From Candidatus Micrarchaeota archaeon (GTDB lineage: Archaea > B1Sed10-29), in NCBI GenBank assembly GCA_964579265.1, contig CAZOFO010000007.1, positions 1 through 22,091 of the forward strand: DNA of 22,091 bases. The letters run 5' to 3'. Of the stretch, positions 1 to 6,843 are shown piece by piece; position 1 is the first letter of the stretch, and each line of letters starts with the position of its first letter. The translations under genes were made by a program, and so were the position numbers. The notes under the pieces were generated by a model. It worked only from the letters and a program-made list of their open reading frames with translations, was not told where the DNA came from and did no database searches.

Positions 1-20
1 GGTATCCCCACTGGCTCCAG

Positions 21-80
21 ATACAATCCAGGAGCTCTGAGCAATTCACTTGCGATGATGTCCTATTGGTGTCAGGGGAC
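21..80 (+). ncRNA. tRNA-Trp intron 1 (37/38, 60 nt) with box C/D-type guide elements
   Basis: BHB: central helix CTCC (15-18)/GGGG (75-78), bulges AG|A (19-21) and AC|A (79-81). Box D' CTGA (37-40), GCAA/TTGC hairpin, box C'-like GCGATGA (52-58). Guide GGAGCT (31-36) is antisense to 13-18; guide CTATTGGTGTC (63-73) is antisense to 78-88. Confidence 0.85.
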
Positions 81-95
81 ACCAGTAGACGGGAG

Positions 96-143
96 AAACC
101 ACTCAAAGACTCGGAAAGAGTCAACTGAGAAACGGTTCCCGAA
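96..143 (+). other. tRNA-Trp intron 2 at non-canonical position 53/54 (48 nt)
   Basis: BHB: outer GA (88-89)/TC (145-146), central CGGG (90-93)/CCCG (138-141), bulges AG|A (94-96) and AA|T (142-144), inner AACC (97-100)/GGTT (134-137). Internal hairpin GACTC-GGAAA-GAGTC (108-122). Confidence 0.88.
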
Positions 144-180
144 TTCAAATCTCCCAGACCCCATCTTATTCCCCATAATT

Positions 181-212
181 AAAAGATAGAGAAAAAAGGA
201 AATAAAAAAGTA
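181..212 (-). terminator. Probable oligo-T terminator of the minus-strand radical SAM gene
   Basis: Several T runs on the minus strand just after the stop at 223, as in archaeal intrinsic terminators. Confidence 0.4.
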
Positions 213-222
213 AATTAGTAAA

Positions 223-1515
223 TTAGTTTATATTAATAGGAATCTTCTGAAACTCTTCTCCAAAAGCAAGGTTGAGCACTTCTTTATTATCTGCAGCATA
301 TTCTAAGAACCTAGGAATAAGATCTTTAGCTACCTTACAACTATAAGAAGAAGGGGAATTTTTCCTATCCCCGAAAAACGTTCTCATCGGACAATTACCT
401 CTGCAAATATGTACTAAATCACATTGAGGACATCCTTCATAGCTTGAAGGATGGTAACTGAATAAATTCTTTCTCTGGTATTCCCGAATAGCCTCAAAGT
501 TCAAATTACTATCTTCTTCTAATTTATTTTCAATAATGAATTTATCACCTAATCCTTCTTCAATAACCTCCACACATGAACTTAGAAGACCATAAGGAGA
601 GACCACTAACCTATTCCTCATGGAACATATATAATCCGCACTAGGAACATTCAAATAAATTGTATTTATATAAGCTTTCTTATCCTTTTCAACCATATTC
701 TTAAACAACCTCATCATTTCATCGGAGAAGGAAGAAGGTTTAGGAGGACAAATATTCTGAGAACGAGATGAACCGGATACATGAACTGTTTCCAGACTAA
801 CTGATATTACTCCGTAATCATCTATTAATTTCAAAACATCCTCTGTAATATTCTCAACATTACTCTTGGTAATAGTCATCTGTACTCTAGTAAGTCCCTC
901 AGAGTAACTTTCCTCCAAAGCTTCCAGAGTCTCTTGTAGTCTAAGTTCAGAATCAAATTCCTTCGCAGGTCTGTTTATTGACTGCGAGCTTCCATCATAC
1001 GAGACCCTAAGATTCACATTTTTTGACTTCAACCACTCTAAGTGATCTTTCACCTTGGTGCCGTTAGTAACTATCCTAATATAATGATCAAGACCCATAT
1101 CCTCCACATAATTCACTACACTTTTTATCAGATCAAAATTTAGTAGAGGTTCTCCCCCACCCGTGAAAAACAAGTTTATTTTACTAGTTTCAGGATATCT
1201 TTCCATTAATTGATCTATTAGATTAAAGCAAACTTCTTTTGAAGTATCCTTTTTCTCTTCACCCCCATCAGCATAACAGTACTTACACTTAAGATTACAT
1301 CTAGTAGTAGGCACCACAGTAAGCTCCAAAGTATCTTCATCCTTTCTGAAAGCTTTTCCGCTATAATCAATTTTCTTAAATCCTTCTTCTATACTTTTTT
1401 TTATACAATTCTTATTCTTTTCATAATCATCTTTAGGGAAAAGAGCAAGAGCTCTGTCACCGGTAACAGCAACATCCTCATTTAATTTTATTACTTTAGG
1501 TTCGTAAATACCCAT
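223..1515 (-). CDS. Radical SAM/SPASM-domain protein (anSME/peptide-maturase-like), 430 aa
   Basis: CNLKCKYC (CxxxCxxC), GGGEPLLN, VTNGT, VSYDG. SPASM cysteines in YIC..SPYGLLSSC..CPQCDLVHICRGNC..YSC. About 60-aa N-terminal extension. SD GGAG at 1524-1521. Confidence 0.93.
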   Translation of the reverse strand: MGIYEPKVIKLNEDVAVTGDRALALFPKDDYEKNKNCIKKSIEEGFKKIDYSGKAFRKDEDTLELTVVPTTRCNLKCKYCYADGGEEKKDTSKEVCFNLIDQLMERYPETSKINLFFTGGGEPLLNFDLIKSVVNYVEDMGLDHYIRIVTNGTKVKDHLEWLKSKNVNLRVSYDGSSQSINRPAKEFDSELRLQETLEALEESYSEGLTRVQMTITKSNVENITEDVLKLIDDYGVISVSLETVHVSGSSRSQNICPPKPSSFSDEMMRLFKNMVEKDKKAYINTIYLNVPSADYICSMRNRLVVSPYGLLSSCVEVIEEGLGDKFIIENKLEEDSNLNFEAIREYQRKNLFSYHPSSYEGCPQCDLVHICRGNCPMRTFFGDRKNSPSSYSCKVAKDLIPRFLEYAADNKEVLNLAFGEEFQKIPININ

Positions 1516-1600
1516 AATATCTCCAAATTTTCATCTATACTAAATTATTGTTATTACAATAAGATATAAAAGGGAAAGATTTCTTCCAAAAAAATAAATC

Positions 1601-1614
1601 AAAAAGTATATAAA
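1601..1614 (+). promoter_or_regulatory. Putative BRE/TATA promoter for the small peptide and radical SAM unit
   Basis: Purine-rich AAAAAG followed by TATATAAA (1607-1614), 35 nt before the ATG at 1650. Confidence 0.5.
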
Positions 1615-1649
1615 AAGAGAAACATAAAAAAGAGAGTGGAGGGGATTAA

Positions 1650-1778
1650 ATGAAAAATTTTGTCTTACTTGCACCCTGTAAATGGAACGAAAAAAAAGAA
1701 GGTAAAGAACTAGGTCCTCAAGACCTTTGTTATAGAGATTGCCCTTGCCCAAACAGCCCTTCGGGAAAAGGTTGCTAA
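1650..1778 (+). CDS. Small Cys-rich peptide, putative RiPP precursor: MKNFVLLAPCKWNEKKEGKELGPQDLCYRDCPCPNSPSGKGC (42 aa)
   Basis: Translated by hand (absent from the ORF track). SD GGAGGGG (1638-1644) 5 nt before ATG, TAA stop, 5 Cys. Lies between two SPASM radical SAM genes, 42 nt upstream of the co-oriented one. Confidence 0.8.
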   Translation: MKNFVLLAPCKWNEKKEGKELGPQDLCYRDCPCPNSPSGKGC

Positions 1779-1820
1779 GAGTAAATCAAGATAAAAGCAG
1801 GATAAGCAACTTGAGGGAAA

Positions 1821-2858
1821 ATGAAAATGTCAGAGGACCTTATAGAGATAGGAAAGGAAATCGAACTAGAACTAATACAATGGGAACTTACAAAAGAATG
1901 TAATCTTCATTGTCCTTTCTGCTATGCGGATTCAGGACCAGACAAAATAAGCGATAACGAGTATAATTCCTCCGAAAGGAAAGAGATCTTCAAGAAATTA
2001 AAACAAATAGGATTAGAAGAACTTCAATTTCTCGGAGGAGAACCACTCTTAAAAAAAGATACGATTCTATACGCTTTAAGAGAAAACGAAGGAAACATCT
2101 CTCATTTCACAATAACTACAAACGGAACTCTCATTACTGAAGAACTAGTAGAAGAACTAAAACCATACAAAGACAAATTATCAATCCAAATAGCTCTAGA
2201 TGGAGCTAAAGAAGAAACTCATGATTCTTTAAGAGGCAAAGGAACTTATAAAAAAGTCATCAGCGGAATCAAGATACTTAACGAAAATAATATAAACTGG
2301 GGAACAACCCTTCTAGCCACCAACAAAAACTTTGATGAATTAGAAGAAATAGTGGAAAAAGTAGAGGAAAAAGGAGGAGAATACATTCAAATTCTAAAAT
2401 TAAGAAGAGGTGGAAGAGAAGAAAACTTCTACGCAAAAGCAGGATTATCAGCAGAAGAAAAGGATAAAACAAGAAATAAGATTAAAAAGCTAGTTGATAA
2501 ATACCCTGATCTCGTATTCACCGAATCTTTTGTACTCCCTTATCACAAAAACAGATTAGAAAAAGCGAAAGAAGATGAAGAATCCTTTTTAGGATGTGGA
2601 ACAGGATTAATGAGAGTTTCTATATTTCCAAATAAAATAATGAGTCCCTGCGTAGGTATAAGAGAAAATTCTCTATTAGCTGAAAAAATAGAGGATCTGG
2701 ACATAAAAGGAACTTATCAGAAGATTAAAGATAAATACCTAAAAAAGGTAAGAGAATACAAAAAACAAAGATGCCAAGAATGTGAATACAGAGAAGAATG
2801 CTTCCCAAGATCTTGCCAAATAGAAGCTGATATGGAGAAATGCCCTCAGGAAAGATAG
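1821..2858 (+). CDS. Radical SAM/SPASM-domain protein, 345 aa
   Basis: CNLHCPFC, GGEPLL, TTNGT, IALDG. SPASM GCGTG..IFPNKIMSPC..CQECEYREECFPRSC. SD-like GAGGG before the start (ATG at 1821 or 1827). Confidence 0.93.
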   Translation: MKMSEDLIEIGKEIELELIQWELTKECNLHCPFCYADSGPDKISDNEYNSSERKEIFKKLKQIGLEELQFLGGEPLLKKDTILYALRENEGNISHFTITTNGTLITEELVEELKPYKDKLSIQIALDGAKEETHDSLRGKGTYKKVISGIKILNENNINWGTTLLATNKNFDELEEIVEKVEEKGGEYIQILKLRRGGREENFYAKAGLSAEEKDKTRNKIKKLVDKYPDLVFTESFVLPYHKNRLEKAKEDEESFLGCGTGLMRVSIFPNKIMSPCVGIRENSLLAEKIEDLDIKGTYQKIKDKYLKKVREYKKQRCQECEYREECFPRSCQIEADMEKCPQER

Positions 2859-2909
2859 CCAGAAAATAACTATACTCCTTTCAAAAAGATAAATTGAGGC
2901 AATGATAAA

Positions 2910-4106
2910 ATGAAAGTTCTCATGCTCAAAAAAAGAAATAAAGATATAAGAGAGATAAAGGACCTCTGTCAAGAAAACAACTACAAAGTGATAGAAGAAA
3001 TCTCAGCTAAAGACCCAGCTAACCCATCTAAAGAAAAAATAGAAAAAATAAATCAAATATTAGAGGAAAAACCTCAATTAAAAAAAATAGTGCTGGATCA
3101 AGAAATTAAAAGACCTAGAAAAGAAGACTTGGAAAAAGCCACCGAAAAAGAAATAATGGACAGATTCGACCTCATTCTAGAAATATTCGAAGAACACATG
3201 AGTAGTTCACTTGGAAAAAAACAACTAGAATACATAAAAACAAAGAGAAAACTAAGCAAACTCAGAAGAATGGACAAAGGTGCACACGAAAGACACAGAT
3301 CACGAACAGCTACAAAAAAAATATCTAGACTCAAAGAAGATATCTCCAAAAAAAAGAAAAAATATAAAAAAGAAATAAACAAACTCATGGATCAAGGTTA
3401 CCCTTCATTCTCATTAACCGGCTACACTAACGCCGGTAAAAGCACCCTCTTCAATAATCTACTCGAAAAAAAACAAGTCAAAGAAAAATCAGAGCTATTC
3501 ACAACACTAAAAACAACAGCAAGAACAACGAAAATAAAAAACACGAAAATAATGCTAGTAGACACAGTAGGATTCTTCAAAGAAATACCGCACGACCTAA
3601 TACCTGCATTCAAAACCACATTATATGCTGCAAAAGAATGTGATTTTGTACTATCCCTAGTAGACATACAAAACAGTAAAAAGATAATAAAGGAAAGAAT
3701 AAATCTCTGCATGAACCAAGTAACTGAAAAATTCAAAGGAAAGCCAATGATACTGCTAAATAAAATAGACAAAACCAACAAAAATAAAGATGAAATAAAT
3801 CAGATAAAGAAGGAAATAAAAGAAGAATACAAAGTACCAGTATATAAAATAAGCGCTAAGGAAAAAATAGACATAAAAAAACCAATCAAAGAAGCAATGA
3901 AAAACACTAAAATCCAAGAAAAAAATATAAAAGTACCATATAAAGAACTGAAAAACAAATCAGAAACACTAAACAAACTGAAAAACTCCCCTCTAACCAC
4001 AGACATAGAAAAAAGAGATAAATACCTAAAAATAAAGATAAAAGGAACCAATAAAGCTATCGAGAAGAACAATTACCTAATAAAAAGATTAAACAAAAAG
4101 AAATGA
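2910..4106 (+). CDS. hflX: GTPase HflX
   Basis: N-terminal DRFDLILEIF, G1 GYTNAGKS, G2 LFTTL, G3 DTVGF, IPAFKTTL, G4 NKID, G5 SAK. Confidence 0.92.
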   Translation: MKVLMLKKRNKDIREIKDLCQENNYKVIEEISAKDPANPSKEKIEKINQILEEKPQLKKIVLDQEIKRPRKEDLEKATEKEIMDRFDLILEIFEEHMSSSLGKKQLEYIKTKRKLSKLRRMDKGAHERHRSRTATKKISRLKEDISKKKKKYKKEINKLMDQGYPSFSLTGYTNAGKSTLFNNLLEKKQVKEKSELFTTLKTTARTTKIKNTKIMLVDTVGFFKEIPHDLIPAFKTTLYAAKECDFVLSLVDIQNSKKIIKERINLCMNQVTEKFKGKPMILLNKIDKTNKNKDEINQIKKEIKEEYKVPVYKISAKEKIDIKKPIKEAMKNTKIQEKNIKVPYKELKNKSETLNKLKNSPLTTDIEKRDKYLKIKIKGTNKAIEKNNYLIKRLNKKK

Positions 4107-5047
4107 AGATGCACTACGAACTTGAACTTGAAAAGATGAAGAACGAGATAAAGGAATCAGATCTTGATAAGATTCTGATACAGCTACCTGAAGGGCTGAA
4201 AGACGACTCAAAGAGAATAATAGATGAACTGAGATCAGTCAAAGGAGACCTAGATATCACTCTAGACGGGAAAACTGTCCACGGAGCCTGCTGCATACCT
4301 GAGGAAGAAGAGAGAGATAAATACGATTTAATAATTCACTTCGGCCACACTCAAATGGTTCCATCGAACAATGTTATCTACGTACCTGTGAAGTCAAGAG
4401 AAGAAGTGAAAGAAGTTGCTAAAGAAGCAGCTGAAAGAGCAGAAGGAGATAAAATTGGTTTGACAACCACCACGCAGCACCTGCATAAACTAGAAGAGAT
4501 GAAGAAAGGAATAGAAGAAGCTGGAAAAGAACCTGTGACCAGGGAAGAAGACCAATATATCAAGGAAGCACAGGTCCTAGGATGCTGTTTCATCTCAGCT
4601 AATGAAATAAAGGATGAAGTAGATTCATTCATATTCATAGGATCCGGTAAGTTCCACGCTCTAGGAGTAGCCAATTCAACAGATCAGAAAGTTATACAGG
4701 GAAACCCATACAACGATGAAGTAAATGAAGTAGACCCAGGGAATTGGGAGAGAGAAAAAGAAATAAGAAAAGACAAGGCTAGAAATTCAGAGAACTTCGC
4801 GATAATAGAGACAACTTACCCAGGCCAGACAAGCAACAGAGTTACGGAAAAGACTAAGAAAAAACTAGAAAAAGACGGTAAAGATGTCTACAGGATAAAA
4901 ATGAATCAAATAACCCCAAATAGAATAAATCACCTTCCCTTCAATGCATTTGTGATAAACGCTTGCCCTAGGATTGTAAGAGATGACTGGAATAACTATG
5001 ATAAACCCGTTCTTCTTCCAGAAGAAACTGAAGAACTAATAGAGTAA
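4103..5047 (+). CDS. dph2: Diphthamide biosynthesis protein Dph2 (3-amino-3-carboxypropyl transferase)
   Basis: QLPEGLK, GACC, HFGH, QVLGC, GSGKFHA, ACPR (three Fe-S Cys regions). ATGA overlap with the hflX stop. Confidence 0.92.
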   Translation: MKMHYELELEKMKNEIKESDLDKILIQLPEGLKDDSKRIIDELRSVKGDLDITLDGKTVHGACCIPEEEERDKYDLIIHFGHTQMVPSNNVIYVPVKSREEVKEVAKEAAERAEGDKIGLTTTTQHLHKLEEMKKGIEEAGKEPVTREEDQYIKEAQVLGCCFISANEIKDEVDSFIFIGSGKFHALGVANSTDQKVIQGNPYNDEVNEVDPGNWEREKEIRKDKARNSENFAIIETTYPGQTSNRVTEKTKKKLEKDGKDVYRIKMNQITPNRINHLPFNAFVINACPRIVRDDWNNYDKPVLLPEETEELIE

Positions 5048-5050
5048 TTA

Positions 5051-5100
5051 TCTCTTTTTCCTCTAATTTTTTAGATTTTTATCCCAATTATTTTTATATA
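5051..5100 (+). promoter_or_regulatory. T-rich terminator after dph2 and putative TATA box (TTTATATA, 5093-5100) for the antiporter genes
   Basis: Oligo-T runs after the dph2 stop; TATA-like octamer about 42 nt before the ATG at 5143. Confidence 0.4.
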
Positions 5101-5142
5101 CCTTGAAGTTTTACATAACCCAGAGAAAAAGCGAGTGAAAAC

Positions 5143-6843
5143 ATGGATGGATTAACACCATTAACACTAAACTTCACTGTACTAGTGGCAGCAGCCACTA
5201 TATTCACGATAATAGCAAAAAAAACAAAGCAACCGCCTATTGTAGCATACATATTTACCGGAGTAGCGGTAGGACCAGTAATGCTAAATATAGTTTCAGA
5301 AACAGCCTCTATAGAGCTGTTTTCAGAACTAGGGCTAGGTTTTCTACTATTCTTACTTGGTCTAGAGATGAAGATAGAGAGCATAAAAAAGATATTGAAG
5401 CCTATAATAAGGATATCAATACTTCAAACAATCCTACAGACATCACTGGCATTCTTAGTCGCTTACGCATTAGGATTCGAGATGATGGAAGTCATAGTAA
5501 TAGCGATGTGCACGGTGTTCGGAGCCACACCAGTAATAGTGAAAGTCCTAACAGATCAAAACAAGATAAAAAGCCTTCCAGGAAGAATAAATGTAGGAGT
5601 TCTGATAATACAAGATATAATTCTAGTAGTGTACCTAGCACTGTATTCAGCAGGAACATTAACCAATATAACTGTAATATCGTACACTCTATTAAGAGTA
5701 CTATTAATGATGGGGCTAATAGGAGCACTAGTGATAATAACCTCAAAATATCTTTTATCTGGGCTATTCGGAGAAGTAGCTGAAAACAAACACGCTTTCT
5801 TCATACTAGGAATAACCTGGGCATTCGGATTCATCACACTAGGACACGTATTAGGGTTATCAATAGAAGTAGGAGCATTCCTAGCAGGACTAGGATTAGG
5901 GCAGATACCTTTCCACAAGGAAATACAGGAGAGAACAAGACCACTCACCAATTTCTTCCTAGTAATCTTCTTCGCATCTATAGGCCTCCAATTAACAGTA
6001 CAAAACCTATTCGTGTACTGGAAAGAAGCACTCATATCAGGAGCAGTACTAATGGTAGGTAACTTCCTAATAATGTTCTATCTGATAGACAGAGAGAAAT
6101 TCACCCCAAGAACGAGTTTCCTCGGAAGCATAAACATGACACAGGTAAGCGAGTTCTCACTAGTCGTGGGAGGAATAGCCATAACTCAAGGATTCATATC
6201 ACCCGACATATTAGGATATCTGAGTCTGATGGCTCTCGTTACAATGACCATCTCAACCTACCTAATCACCTACAACGAACAGATATACGAAAGAGTAAAA
6301 CACCTGCTTGAAAGATTTGAAGGAGAAGAGAAAAAAGACGTGGATCTAGGTACTCTAAAAGACCATGCTTTAGTAATAGGGTATAATGATACTGCAGAAA
6401 GAGTAATACCGACACTAAAGGAACACTTCGAGCAAATAGGAGTAGTAGACAAAGATCCTGAAAAAACTGAGAAGTTAGAAGAAATGGATGTAGAATACAT
6501 ATTCGGGGATTTCAAACATGAGAAAATACAAAGGGAAATGGGAGTAAGAAAAGCTGAACTAATATTAAGTTTCGCGGAAGAAGAAAATGTAAACAGACAG
6601 ATACTTAGGAACTGCAAAAAAGATTCCATAGTATTCATAGAAACAAAAGACCCTAAATTAGGAGCTGAATACTACGATATGGGAGCCGATTACATCGTGA
6701 GACAAAATATGCTAACAGCTGAAAAAATAAATGAATACTTAGAAAAGTATCTAAATAGTCTACCTCAATTCATAAACCAGATTGAAAGAGATAAAAAATC
6801 ATTAGAATGGAGAGGCAGGAAAAAAGAGGTGAAGAACAAATGA
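5143..6843 (+). CDS. Kef-type CPA2 cation/H+ antiporter with C-terminal RCK (TrkA-N) domain
   Basis: Many TM segments; FLLFLLGLE, IQD, GAFLAG, FFASIG, QVSEFS; RCK-like tail HALVIGY..VVDKDP..IFGD. Confidence 0.92.
   Translation: MDGLTPLTLNFTVLVAAATIFTIIAKKTKQPPIVAYIFTGVAVGPVMLNIVSETASIELFSELGLGFLLFLLGLEMKIESIKKILKPIIRISILQTILQTSLAFLVAYALGFEMMEVIVIAMCTVFGATPVIVKVLTDQNKIKSLPGRINVGVLIIQDIILVVYLALYSAGTLTNITVISYTLLRVLLMMGLIGALVIITSKYLLSGLFGEVAENKHAFFILGITWAFGFITLGHVLGLSIEVGAFLAGLGLGQIPFHKEIQERTRPLTNFFLVIFFASIGLQLTVQNLFVYWKEALISGAVLMVGNFLIMFYLIDREKFTPRTSFLGSINMTQVSEFSLVVGGIAITQGFISPDILGYLSLMALVTMTISTYLITYNEQIYERVKHLLERFEGEEKKDVDLGTLKDHALVIGYNDTAERVIPTLKEHFEQIGVVDKDPEKTEKLEEMDVEYIFGDFKHEKIQREMGVRKAELILSFAEEENVNRQILRNCKKDSIVFIETKDPKLGAEYYDMGADYIVRQNMLTAEKINEYLEKYLNSLPQFINQIERDKKSLEWRGRKKEVKNK

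Larger units (their letters stand above)
1..163 (+). tRNA. tRNA-Trp(CCA), 5' end outside window, interrupted by two introns (21-80 and 96-143)
   Basis: D-loop GGTA (1-4); anticodon stem ACTGG (10-14)/CCAGT (82-86); loop CT-CCA-G|A; variable loop AGAC; T-stem GGGAG (91-95)/CTCCC (151-155); T-loop TTCAAAT (144-150); acceptor 3' strand AGACCCC (156-162); discriminator A163; CCA not encoded. The cloverleaf closes only after both introns are removed. Confidence 0.93.

Noticed and set aside
125..128. CTGA in intron 2 as a box D element
   Set aside because: No partner box C, and it is largely paired in the CTCA/TGAG helix.
72..176. 34-aa minus-strand ORF (MGNKMGSGRFEF...) downstream of the first radical SAM gene as an alternative precursor
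   Set aside because: It is antisense to the tRNA-Trp exons and introns, which explain the sequence, and it lies beyond a T-rich terminator.
1540..1752. 70-aa minus-strand ORF in the track
   Set aside because: TTG start with no SD; hydrophobic low-complexity shadow overlapping the better-supported ORF at 1650-1778 and its promoter.
144..4106. Integrated element at the tRNA-Trp 3' end carrying the radical SAM cassette
   Set aside because: No integrase, and I found no direct repeat of the tRNA 3' end in the window by eye.
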